Both the position numbers and the translations under genes were made by a program. Below, one piece after another: positions 27,498-40,222 of a stretch of DNA of 64,000 bases; position 1 is the stretch's first letter, and every line of letters starts with the position of its first letter. The notes under the pieces are model-generated. The model was given only the letters and a program-made list of their open reading frames with translations, searched no databases and was not told the origin of the DNA. The stretch comes from Octopus vulgaris (taxonomy: Eukaryota): NCBI GenBank assembly GCA_951406725.2, contig OX597829.1:3906001-3970000 (forward strand), read 5' to 3'.

Positions 27498-28455
27498 TCC
27501 TTTAGCATGTTGATGACTGTCTATAATATATCTAACTGGAAAACAGTGGGCTCCTCCGTAGGTAATTATTCCCAAGTAATAGGGGATAAAATGTCACTGG
27601 AAATATTTAACTTCTACAAGGGATAGGGTTTTACCGCTGGACAAATTAATCTTCTGCCAGAGTAACAGATTCGAAACTAAGCAAATCAGCGGGAGGGTCA
27701 TTCAACAGAATAGATAAAACAACAACAGTGTTTACACTAGTTGTTGTCAGTGAACGCTCTCTATATCAGACTGAACTCATACATTTATAAAGAGAGATCA
27801 GTCTATAATTTAAAGAAAGAAAAGGCAAGATTTTTTAGAGGGGACTCTGTGTGTGTATGTGTGTACACGCGCGCGTAAACTTAAAATGTATTTATAAGCT
27901 TCCAGTAGATTCTCTTACTCTATAGCAGTATTTGAGAATCAGTGTGTGTGAAATTCAAAACAACCTTTGATAACAACAGTTACTGATAAGTCAGAGTTCA
28001 TTTAAAAGGAGTAGGTGACGAACCATAGTCAGCCATGTTAGTCTTCATTTCTGTATCTCGGTCGTACACCAAAAAAAAAGGGAAAAAAATGTTACTTAGA
28101 CAACGTATTTGTTTCGCCGAAACAATAATTAAAAAGAATAGGAAAGTGTTTATTACTGAAAATTGAATCCGGTTCGTGTATTTATTTTCCTTTAAAATCC
28201 AACGATTTAATTTGCAAAATACAACAAATAATGATTTAATATGAATATAGTAATGAAAAATATTGTAAGAGACATATAAAGTAAGTAGTGGCTTGTGAAT
28301 AATATCTATGTAACTGTGGAATCGACAAGAGTAAAAGTTAAAGTTTTGAACCCTGAGTGGAATCTTATCATTTGTCACTTAACTAAAGAACACTTAGTAC
28401 TGGATACTTGAACTTGTCTGCAGATATGAAAGTACCATGAAATTGTACACAATAC

Positions 28456-28686
28456 CTATTTCTTTACTACCCACAAGGGGCTAAACACAAAGAGGACTAA
28501 CAAGGACAGACAAACGGATTAATTCGATTACATGACCCCAGTGCGTAACTGGTACTTATTTAATCGACCCCGAAAGGATGAAAGGCAAAGTCAACCTCGG
28601 CGGAATTTGAACTCAGAACGTAGCGGCAGACGAAATACGGCTACGCATTTCGCCCGGCGTGCTAACGTTTCTGCCAGCTCGCCGCC
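28456..28686 (-). mobile_element. SINE family A with 13-bp TSD
   Basis: attgtacacaata at 28442-28454 and 28694-28706. Confidence 0.92.
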
Positions 28687-28869
28687 TTCTGATATTGTAC
28701 ACAATATCAGAAGAAGCAAGACTAAAAAATAAAAAAAATAAAAAAAAGGACGATGTTAAAGATGGTCGGGATTGGGGCGCATCTAAATGAAACAGAAGAA
28801 ACCATTGTGAAATTGAGAAGGCAACACAAATGAAAAGCACAAACCAAATCAAATGGAGTCTCAGAGCTC

Positions 28870-29480
28870 TAATGGATAAATAAGACTATTACATAGCAAA
28901 CATCCTACAAAGGCCAGTGATCTTGATGCTGTTGATCCATCAGTGACTGGCTGCGCCTTGTCTTAAATCTGAAACAGGAAGTTTCATTGTTGCTGCTCAG
29001 GATTTGTGCCTGCTCGCAAGAAATTAGGGAGAGTTTACGAAAAAAACAGAAGACGAAGACAGGTGGTGTAGGAAACAAACAGATGTATTAGTATAACGCT
29101 CAGGAATAGAAAGTCTTTTACATTTCGAGCCTACGCTCTTCTACAGAAAGGGACACAGAAAAAAAAAAAACAAGGAGAGAAAAAAATTACCTCGTCAATA
29201 TTCTTTAAAACGGTGTTGATCTTAACTGCTGCTTTTGTGGTACAACCAGAGAAACAATTGACCACTTCATCTCTGGATGCTCTATGTTAGCCTGAAATAA
29301 ATATATTCCGCCATGATAGACTTGGACACTATTCGAATTGGATGTATGACCTAAGAACTAGTGAGAGTATAAGCTTGCCAAAGTGGTAGAAAATAAAGAA
29401 GTCACCATTCTTTGAGACTTCAGTATTCGATCTGGTTGAAGTTATTTACGTCAGTAGACCAGATATTGTGGTAAAATCGA
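28870..29480 (+). mobile_element. R4/Dong-like (RLE-type) non-LTR retrotransposon remnant
   Basis: LKSETGSFIVAAQDLCLLARNY (from 28962), CCHC knuckle CCFCGTTRETIDHFISGC (from 29227), and IL*DFSI...RPDIVVK resembling the RLE PD motif. Interrupted by an insertion at about 29027-29189. Confidence 0.78.
29027..29189 (-). mobile_element. Short repeat (family H2) carrying a hammerhead-like motif, inserted in the LINE remnant
   Basis: Homologous in reverse to 50060-50262; aaatta is repeated at both junctions. Confidence 0.7.
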
Positions 29481-30621
29481 CACATCAATCCCTGCAGATT
29501 GCAAAGCCAAGATTTGTGGTATCTAACAACAACTTTACCTGTAATCACCGACACTCTTAAATAACATGATCAAATACCAGGAAACCCCAAAACATCATGT
29601 CCATCCTCTAAGAAAATCAATATCTGAATCTTTTAAACTCTTTCAAAATAACAAATTTTAGAACAAATTTTTAATAAAATCTTAATACTTGATATTTGGT
29701 CTCTTTTCCCTGGAATATATCATTGTTACTCATGAATATCACCCACAATAAAACGACCATCTTGTTTTTTTTTTTTTTTTACGTACGGTCTCTGGTTGAA
29801 ACTTAAAATATCTTGTATAAACTAAAGCAACAACAACAATAATAATAATTGTTTCAAATTTTGGCTCAAGGCCAGCATTTTTGAGATAAAAAAATTAAGT
29901 CGATTACATTGACCCCGATGTTTGACTAACCCCGAAAAATGAAAGTTGACCTCGGCGGGATTTCAGCACCGAAGTTAAATAACCGAAACTAATAACATTT
30001 TCTCTGATGCCATAATGATTCTGTCAGCTTGCCACCTCAATAATAATAATAATAATAATAATAATATTTTACAGAACTTTGAATTGATATTCACTAACAA
30101 GGTTTCGCTCAAATATGATTAGCAGTTAAGCCTAATATGCTACACTGCCATGTATATATTTTAAAAATCCTCGGATGAAAAATATCCGTCGGAATTTCCC
30201 CTCCTTTCCCCCTCCCCCCTACCGAAACACTAGCAATAAAAGACAAAGCAGCAACAACGGCAAGGAACGTTGGTTTGTGAATATTATACAATATATGATA
30301 GACACTATCAAAACTGTCAGACAGAAAATAACGGAAGTAGAAAAAAATATAAAATATAAACATGCAAAAAAAGAAACAAAAGACTTTTCCTGTAAGTTGG
30401 TTTGTCTTAGAAGGAGAAATCTTCGATATGCAAGATTAACTTTTAAGACTTAGGTAGACAGTCAAATAACGTAGACAGCCAAATTTATGATATCAATATA
30501 CTTTATAACATTCTTTAAAAACATAGCGCTCATTTTGTATACGCCCATTAGGTGTATTTTTAGATAGACTGACAAGATTATGTTACACTAGTCGAAAAAG
30601 CAAATACAATTGGAAGGGTCC

Positions 30622-30683
<62 letters not shown>

Positions 30684-31187
30684 ACGTGTGAATGTCGTGT
30701 ATGTGTATCGCCCTTTAGATCGCTTTATAAATTCCTTATGTGAAACATAGAACAAACCCGAAACTTCTAAGCAACGTTTGTTGTGACGCAAATTTAAGAT
30801 AGAAATTTGAACTCAGTGACAGCTGTTTAATGGCCATGTGAGTAAGTTCTTTAAATTTGCATCATTTCATTCGTCGCGAGCAGTCCCCCCCCCCCCCTGC
30901 CCCCTGTAAAAAATGCATGAATTCTACAGTTATCCTCATTTTCTCTTCTGCTCTATAGTTTATTTGTACTTGATCAAAAGAAATTAAATTGATAGAAACA
31001 GAAAAAAAAAAAAAAAAACCCCCAGTTAAAGACCGTTATTATGTTTTAAATTCTCTTGGCTGATCAGTTGTGGTTGTTGTTATTTGACTCTAGGTCAGAA
31101 CAGAACTATGATCAAAAATGTTCAAGCGTTAATAATATCAATCTTAATTTCAGACGTTACACACATCTATAATAATAATAATAATAA

Positions 31188-31400
31188 TGGCTTCAAATTT
31201 TGGCACACTGCCAGCAATTTCTGGGGAGGGAGTAAGTCGATTGCATCGAATCCAGTGCTCAACTGCTACTTATTTTTTTGATCCCTTAAGGATGGAAAGC
31301 AAAGTCGACTTCAAAGAAATTTGAACTCAGAACGTAGCAACGGACGAAATGCCGCTAAGCATTTTACCCGGCGTGCTAACGATTCTACTAGCTCGCTGCA
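31188..31400 (-). mobile_element. SINE family A, degenerate, flanked by (AAT)n
   Basis: aaggatggaaagcaaagtcgac...ttgaactcagaacgtagc...cccggcgtgctaac. Confidence 0.75.
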
Positions 31401-32332
31401 CTAGTAATAATAATAATAATAATAATAACAATCCTTTCTACTACGGGCACAAGGCCTGAAGTCTGGGGTGGGGGGAACACCTGTGCTACTCTGGTACTTA
31501 TTTCATCGACCCTGAAAAGACGAATGACAGTGTTTTCCTCGGTGGAATTTGAACTCCGAACGCAAAGCTAGAAGAAATGCCACTACGCATTCACATAGTC
31601 AATCATTGTGTAAAATATTACACAGTAGTTATCCCCGTGCCGTAAAAAATGACGGCTAATTCTAGTATTTTATATATGAATATAGATGGTAAATCAAATT
31701 AATACATTTGTCAATGTTATCTAGTGGTTTGTCTTTTGAGATGTGCCATCGATCATAGTTTGTTATTGAAAGAAATCTGGTTCACACATACATTCACATA
31801 CTTCCCTTGTACACGTACACACATACACACGTATACCCATACAGAGTTGAAACGCTGTTTGATTTTTCTTTTCATCGTTGAATATTCACCATCCCACTTT
31901 CATTGCGCACACACATACAAACATTCATATACTTCCCTTTTGTATACGCACACATATACTCACACAGAGTTGAAACGCTCCCACTACCATTCTGTCATCA
32001 CCCCGTCCTTCCTTATTCATCTATCACCCCTTCTTTTCTCATTCATATGTTCTGACGGAGAAAAACATAAGAGTATTATTATAGTAGATTATCGTTTTTT
32101 TACAGACGCGCTAGAATGCTGTTGTCCGGGAAAGAAGGCAGTCGTTAGTTTAAAAGGTCCATTTCAACTCCGTTTTGTTGCTGTCTTTTCCATCCTAAAT
32201 GGAGATAAGAGATGGTGGCGAAGGGATTATACTAATCCTGTATAAATTCATTATTTCAAACACATTGTTTATTATTATAACATAGATAAATTTTATTTTT
32301 TTAATTCTTAGAACATTACTTGATGTTTATTA

Positions 32333-32392
32333 ACCGTGGTTAAGAACGCGGGATACTAACCCCAAGATTCCGAGTTCGATTCCAGGCAGTGA

Positions 32393-32431
<39 letters not shown>

Positions 32432-32610
32432 CAACATCGTAAAATACCTTAGGAATGAGAACCCAGGTTGGAAATTTCCCCAAGACACCTGATGAAGGCT
32501 GGAGGGTCTATCAGCCGAAACGCTGTGTTAACAACAAACAAGATGAGGACAAATATCCGTCAAATGTAAATAATGTAAATAATTCCTCATCTCTCAAATA
32601 TAGAACTGTA
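32333..32610 (+). mobile_element. tRNA-headed SINE (family D) containing a hammerhead-like motif
   Basis: gtggttaag (A-box-like), gagttcgattcc (B box, 32372-32383), (AAT)n linker, then an HHR-like motif at 32484-32529. Confidence 0.75.
32484..32529 (+). ncRNA. Minimal type-I hammerhead-like motif (cleavage triplet degenerate in this copy)
   Basis: GACAC-CTGATGA-a-GGCTG-loop-CAGCC-GAAAC-gct-GTGTT. Stems I and II pair, but the expected NUH triplet reads GCT. Confidence 0.6.
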
Positions 32611-32707
32611 ATATTTGTATTTGTCTATGTCGTTCATTTACTAGACACTAGCTACTGAGTTATTTTTCTTAGCTCATTTCTGTTTCGATTATATATAAAT
32701 GTGTGTG

Positions 32708-32755
<48 letters not shown>

Positions 32756-33066
32756 ACGTTTATCTGCGTGTGTATTTATGTCTGTGCGTAATGTATGAAT
32801 GAATCAGTTCTCTTAATTTTCTTTAAAAATTAGCAAGTAAATTCAGCAACAGTCTGTAATCTGTCCTTTAATAATTATAATTATTTCTCTTTCGTTAATT
32901 AAACGCGGCTTACAATAAAATTTTAATGGGAAAGTTTAACAATTCGAGTTTAAAAAAAGCAAAAAGAAAAAACTTTTTTCTCATAACATAATTATAAAAA
33001 ATAATGAAAATAATTTGTTTCTGCTTTACTTCGATAATTACATGCTCACATACGATAGTGTGTGCA

Positions 33067-33140
<74 letters not shown>

Positions 33141-33305
33141 TGGTGTATACGTATGTTTGTGTGTGCGTGTGTAAATATATGCATATATGTAGGTATAGAT
33201 GCATGTTTACATGTATGTAAATATACATATATGTATACAATCATGTATATATATTTGTATTTGTTTACGTATGCATACATATACTTGGTATATATGTTTT
33301 AGTTT

Positions 33306-33533
33306 GCGGTGAGCTGGCAGAAACGTCAGCGCGCCGGGCGAAATGCTTAGCAGTATTTCGTCTGCCGTTACGTTCTGAGTTCAAATTCCGCTGAGGTCGA
33401 CTTTGCCTTTCATCCTTTCGGGGTCGATGAAATAAGTACCAGTTACGCACTGGGGTTGATATAATCGACTTCATCTGTTTGTCTGTCCTTGTTTGTCCTC
33501 TCTATGTTTAAGCCCCTTGTGGGGAGTAAAGAA
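33306..33533 (+). mobile_element. SINE family A with 16-bp TSD
   Basis: atatatgttttagttt at 33290-33305 and 33534-33549. Confidence 0.92.
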
Positions 33534-33762
33534 ATATATGTTTTAGTTTTATATATATGTAATTTGTATGAATGTATTTATCCATCCATCTAAACAAACA
33601 AACACACACACACACGCAGGTACACATATACACCCAAAAGTGTGTTTCAACCCAATATTTACTTGCTGTTATTTATAGCTTTATGTGTCTACTTCGAGAC
33701 TCAATTCCAAAAGAGAATCATGTGTGTATTCATGAATTTATTTATGTACTTATATATGTATG

Positions 33763-33814
<52 letters not shown>

Positions 33815-34589
33815 TGGGCTCCGTTTGGGCAGGCATCTAAAAATGTTTGTGCATCTTGATGCTGACATAAGTTCCTTACTTTTCCTGAAGAGAAGGCGGC
33901 ATAATGCACTCCTTATTCCTTCGAAACATATGTCGAAAATAAAATATAGGAATTTTGTTAATTCGTCATTCAACTCCATTCTTTCATTTATTTGTATTCA
34001 AAAAAACACACAAATTTCCACACGATAGCACGTGATCTCTGCCCTAGGCATGTAGCTTCAACCGTGTTTTTCTGACGTGAATTTGCTACCCAGGTATCGG
34101 TTAACCGAATTATCCATAATAAGATAATTCATTCAACTACTCAATATATATATATATATATAATATGCGTTCGTATGGGAGAGACAGGTGGGGAGGAGAA
34201 AGAAAGAGTTGGTGTATGTACATTTATGTATGTTTGTTTATGCGATGTGAATGGTGATACTTTTTTGACGAAAGCAACGCATTTATGAGCATCAGGCGAA
34301 CGTAGGCAACGATTGAATGTCGTCGTCATTTGAACTTGGAACTTAAATGACATGTACCATAAAGCTATTTTCATCTGCCTTTGGTACCGACTTCGGCAAT
34401 CCACCCCTCAGGACGTTCACTCCTGGTACGCTGGTATAATTTTTATGAATAGCGTCTCTATGTGCATGTTCTATAATATTTGTTTCGTCTTGCTTTCTAT
34501 GCCTGTTCTATTAACCAGCTACAAATTTCATCATTAACACCATGTGTTTTTGAGATTGTAGATGGAGCAATTTTATTGTCAAAAGAACG

Positions 34590-34624
<35 letters not shown>

Positions 34625-35149
34625 AAAAACAACAACGTTCATCATGATAGTGTGATTCGACGGGTAGTTTTCTTGCTCTACCACTTACTGGATTCCTGTT
34701 TGGTATCGTGTTATATACGTCACAGTGTTGTTGACTGTGAAAATTGTTAATTATTTTCGATAGTATGCTTGAAACGAAACTTTGCTGTCTCTGACTTAAT
34801 CTACGCATGGCAAAATTGACTTCCAGCCGTGACCATCATCACCCCTTTCTGTATGTCATAGGCTATCTCCGCCTGCATTATTCCATGTGGAACCCTGCTC
34901 TTTTTAAAAGGTTCTGATATGATGTAAATTTAGCTGTTAATCCTAGCAGGTTAAGGGTCCTCATGGAGAATCCCTTCTTCAGCTTCTGTTTCATGATGTC
35001 TTCGTAGTTTTAGCTCCTCAGTATATTAAATATAGGACAACGTTAGCATTACTGACGTTGCTGTTTTGCTTAGGTCGGCTTTGATTGAGTAGACACACAC
35101 ACGGTCAAAGTTATTCTACTCGTAACGATCTTGTTATTGTTGCTGTTGT

Positions 35150-35205
<56 letters not shown>

Positions 35206-35206
35206 T

Positions 35207-35249
<43 letters not shown>

Positions 35250-35550
35250 TTGTAGGTCATTATATAACCTGCTGAGGCTGGTGACACTTTAGTCAATTGA
35301 CATTTGTTTATTTAAAAGCAATCAACTTAAGAGTTAATAATCTAGAGGCTGGACAATTAAATACAAATTTGTGTTGCTGTTTTATGATTACTTTATTTTT
35401 AATCAGTGAAATGTGATAAACAACGACTACGGAAGTGTTTGCGCGCGCAAGCGCACTTACACACACACACACAACACAACACACACAAATACACACACGG
35501 TTCAGCATCGAATAAGTTTACATAGTTAAACAAAGCGGAAATTGCTAATT

Positions 35551-35588
<38 letters not shown>

Positions 35589-35593
35589 TATTG

Positions 35594-35906
35594 GTGCCGG
35601 TGTGGCTGTGTGGTAAGAAGTTCACTTCCCAACCACATGGTTCCGAGTTCAGTCCCACGGCGTGCCATCTATGACAAAGCATTTTGAAAAGAAGCCGTAT
35701 CATATGCAGGTGTTTGTCTCCTACCCCCACCGCTTAAGAATCTGTTGGTTTGTTTACGTCACCTTAATTTAGCAGTTCGCCAAAAGAGGCTAATAAAATA
35801 GTACCAGATTAATAAAAAATAAGTATTGAAGTTGACTTGTTCGACTAAACCCTTCCAGACGGTGCTCCCAAATATGGCCATTGATTGAAACAAGTAAAAG
35901 TTAAAA
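35594..35906 (+). mobile_element. SINE family B, degenerate
   Basis: gtggctgtgtggtaagaag...ccacatggttccgagttcagtccc ... cggtgctccca. Confidence 0.75.
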
Positions 35907-35925
35907 GCTATATAACGGGTTAAAT

Positions 35926-36028
35926 TTTAAGGGCCCACATTTAAAAAAAAATTCTGCCAAACATCCTCAGAGATCTGCAAGATGTAAATGTAAAAGTTTT
36001 TCAAAGAATGTTTGGACAAATTTCTACC
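35926..36028 (+). mobile_element. CR1-like LINE ORF2 extreme C-terminal remnant
   Basis: FKGPHL / ILPNILRDLQDVNVKVF / KECLDKFL across two frameshifts; resembles the GP.LFN.LP..LR.....FK..LD.FL tail. Confidence 0.5.
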
Positions 36029-36182
36029 ATAAGGCGGCAGGAGACGCAAAGAAGACCGGTTCCATTCAATTCGCTTCTTTAACAGAAACGATACAGAAAA
36101 GAAAACTAATTGCACTGAAAGGCGGTGCCCCAGCATGGCCTCAGCCTCTGACTGAAACCAGTAAAAGATAAAAGAGCGCGCG

Positions 36183-36242
<60 letters not shown>

Positions 36243-36338
36243 TTACTGTTCCGTTATTGGTGGAGTCAGCAAAAAAAAAAAAAAAAAGGTATTCCATTCA
36301 GTGAGAGATAGATATCATTTAATATACAGAGTATTTAA

Positions 36339-36555
36339 GGCGTCGAGCTGGCGGGATTGGTAGCACGCTGAGCAAACGCTTAGCAACATTTCTTCCCTCT
36401 TTACGTTCTGATTTCAAATTCCACCGTGGTTGATTTTACCTTTCATCCTTTCGATGTCGATAAAATGAGTACCATTTTATCGAGCGCTGGGGTGGAAGTG
36501 ATTGACTTATACCCTCCCGCGAGAATGCTGGCCTAGTGCTAAAATTTGAAATCAG
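36339..36555 (+). mobile_element. SINE family A, degenerate
   Basis: ggcgtcgagctggc...ttcaaattccaccgtggttgattttacctttcatcctttcg. Confidence 0.78.
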
Positions 36556-37531
36556 TATATACAGTATTTAAAAAAAGAGCCACTAATAGTTTCATGCTGT
36601 GGTAACCCAATAAATGAACATTTTTGTTGTCTTCACTGCAGGAAACTGATAGTAGCTCATATTTAAGTACTGTGTATATTAAATGATATATATATATATT
36701 ATATCATGCATGTTGTATACACACACACGCGTGTGCATTCTCAATCTGTGTATAATATACATCGTGGAAAGATGGACGTACAGTGTTAAAAAACTAGAAA
36801 TATATATCAGTAGTAGGCTGAAACTGTTCAGCAATGGTATTTACTTTGCTAAAAACGGGTTTCTCTCCGATTTTGTTTTAAAAAGCTCACTTTGCAACCA
36901 TGAGGTTTCGTGTTCAATCCTGATGCGTGCCTCTTGAGCGAGTGACTTTACTACATACAGCGCGGGTTAACCAATTCCTTGTGAGTTTATTTGATAGACA
37001 GAAACTCTGTGTGTGTGTGTGTGTGTATGTTTTGCTTGACAACCGGTGTTGGTTTATTTACGTCCGTTTACGTGAAACACGTAAACGACTCGATGCAATG
37101 CATGTTACCTTACACACCTGCCAGACCTGTTGATAAGAAATGCCTTGGGCGTTGGGCTTAAGACTGAGCTGGGAATTGAGTAAGCTTCCTAGTTTGTATC
37201 TGAATTGCATACATCACGTTTAAGATACGTTGCTGCTGCTGCATTTGTAACATTTGCTTCTTAGAATTTTAATTTTTCGACCCTTGGTCAAGACATTCCC
37301 GAACAAATCTGTTCAAACGGGTCCTTTATATGTGTGCGGCGCACGTGTTCGTTTGCAGTGTGTGTGTGTGTGTGCTTGTGTGTGTAGTAGTGAGACTGAG
37401 GAACGACTACTGTATTGTCAAAGTTGCGTTGATATTCGTCTGTGCTCTCCATTTCACATCCGCTTCTCTCTCGTTTTTGCCTTACTCTGCCAGTCCGTCA
37501 ACTCATTCGCTCCCACTCACCCCCTCACTCT

Positions 37532-37580
<49 letters not shown>

Positions 37581-37789
37581 CATTATCTGTTTTTTCTCTG
37601 CTATTACCCTCTCTCTCTCTCTCTCTCTCTTTCTCTTTCTCTCTCTCTCTCCCCTTATGTTATCTTCCATTTCATACCACAACTCCTGTAATTATGTTGT
37701 AGATGCATTTCCTCTTCCTTCCTTATTACATCTCCAGTGAAACGAACGTTGTTTCATATGAACACTTGCATGATGTGACTGACTCAGCC

Positions 37790-37830
<41 letters not shown>

Positions 37831-38147
37831 AATAATGATAATAATAATGATAATAATAATAATAATAATAATGATGATGATGATTTCCTTTCGGAACCTC
37901 CGAGAAAAATCACCAGAGTGTGGTTAAATGCTTTCTCGAAATTGTCCTAATTTTTATTAGGTTGAGTGATTCTGAAGCCCGCATTGAATAGCTTCTTTAT
38001 CTGGAAAGCAATTATTTTCAATGACTTTTCATATTCACAAAGCATTCCCGACCTCGTGTCTAACCTTGCCGCTCCGTTCCGTCAACCACTGCACTTCAAT
38101 CAGTGCCGTAGCTTTTTTTCCCCCCGCGCGCGTGCGTGCGTGTGTAC

Positions 38148-38178
<31 letters not shown>

Positions 38179-39743
38179 TGTGCGTGCGTGATCATCCTAT
38201 GCCAACATCACCATTGCCGCCGCCGCCACCACCCAACTCGCCTGCTGTAACGCAAACATGACGAGTTTAGAGGAGGTTAGAGTACTTCAATTGCCACGTT
38301 GCCTGTCAAAATAAACATGCAGTTGGTGTAAGCCGGGTGACTATTTTTTCACCCCTGCCTATTTACTACAATGATGCTGTTTCCACGTAATTTCGTGACC
38401 GAACCCCGGTCCAGTATGTTGTGCGCGTGTGAATGAATATCTCTGCAGCTGTTCATGGAGATGTTTTGATTACATGAACAAGAGAATTTATCAGTAATAT
38501 CTTCAGTTTATTTCATTTTTTTTCAAGGTGATGATTCTTATCGTTACAATCTTAAATAAACAAATAAAAATAAAACTTAAAGCTACTCTATGCTAACAAG
38601 GAATTCCTAATGTTCTCTGTCAACCTGCAAGAAATAGCAACCAAATCTCTCTCTAATCACATTTCATCTTTATAAAAAGAAAGCATATTCGATAGCATGG
38701 TCTTAGTGAACTGTGTCTAGAGAAAAGGCGTGTTTGGTCGTGGCCTTTGGTCGTTGGTCTACTGATTCAGAGCTGAGCTGGCGTTAATAACTTTCCCAAA
38801 ACTCTTCCACGCACATTTATGATTATTTCGATTTTTACAATTTTATTGGAAAACGTGTTTATGTGTAACCTTTGAGTCCTTAACCGTTTCCTTAGAAACA
38901 ACACTCAGTAAATAAAATATTTATTAGACTCTTCTACTGTAAATACAACCTCTTTGAGTCACTGTCTTGTAACTGTAACTTTTAACCAGAGTACCCTATC
39001 AGTTTGTGTTCAGCTCACCTCGGATGCTCTGGGTCTAAGTTACCACCACGTCCTCTTATTAGTCAGTAAGCAGTTGTGGCCAGTCTCTTGCCCATCACCT
39101 CCACGATTACAGCTCAACTATCATCGTTTTTTTTTACAGAACCAACAAACTGCACTTCCCGTTTCTCCCTCCAAACTTACGAGCATCTATCTTCCTCCTC
39201 TCTTCATGCCAATCTTTTTTTTTTTTTAGTTTAACGCGATTGAATAGTAGAAACACTATAGCACCACACTAGATACTGCACAGTGTTTCGTTCTTGTGTG
39301 TGTTGCATTCATCATAAAATAAGTAACAGTAGTAGACATGTACTGGAATCGTAGCAAGTAGCTAATCTATTTGCCTAGAAATATGTGACTTCTCATCATT
39401 ATGAAAAATGAACCCCCATGTTTCATGGATTAGGTGGAAATAAAACCGAAACATGTAGTCTACAGTTTTCTGGATTTTTTTTTTTAATACGATTTTGTCC
39501 CAGACAAGACTTAAGGCCACTGTAGCGTAAGGGGCTACACAGAAGAAAAGGAGTGGGCCTACAAATTCTAAAATACGTTAAAGGACTGAATATCATAGAC
39601 GAGAGGAAAACAAGACGATGGTAATGAGTTCCATTGAGCAGTAGTTTTAAAAAAAATCTATTACAGTAAAAGGGAAGCTCAACTAAGAAACGATTATTTA
39701 GGAATTCTCTTAGCACTACTTCGACAAGGACGAGGAAGTTTGT

Positions 39744-39787
39744 ACTTTGCTGATGAGGTCATAATTATACCGAAACGTATCCGAGGT
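39744..39787 (+). ncRNA. Minimal type-I hammerhead ribozyme motif
   Basis: ACTTTG-CTGATGA-GGT(cataattat)ACC-GAAAC-gt-ATC-CGAGGT. Stem I is 6 bp with two G.U pairs; stem II closes with the canonical G-C. Confidence 0.65.
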
Positions 39788-39819
39788 TGCATCCCTACCG
39801 AAATGATTAAAATAATATT

Positions 39820-40222
39820 CGAACTTTTCTGTTTGAACGGCAGTTTTTTCTAGCGGTGTCATATGAAATTTTCACCCATAATTATGACCCTAGAATCGAT
39901 ATATTCCATTTCAATCTGTTTTAGGGTTAGGGGTGGGGGAAGGGTATCTTTTTTTCTTCACAAATGTAAATAAACCCAATCTATTTCTTAAACGAGGGAC
40001 ATATTCATACGGCACAGAATGTTTTCACCTCAAATAGACGTCATTGATTGGTTGAAATTGCAGAAATTGAAGAAAAAGAACAACAAATATCTTACAGAAT
40101 TTTCTCAATAAAGCCAAGAGAAAAAGATGTTTTATAAACACATTCTACCAGTATACGAAGTTTAACATTTTTTAGTTACGTGGAAATTATGTTAAAAACC
40201 GCCGTTCAAACCGAAAAGATCC
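39820..40222 (-). mobile_element. MITE family M1 (Merlin-like), inverted copy
   Basis: Same TIRs; exact 8-bp TSD ataatatt (39812-39819 and 40223-40230). Confidence 0.9.
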
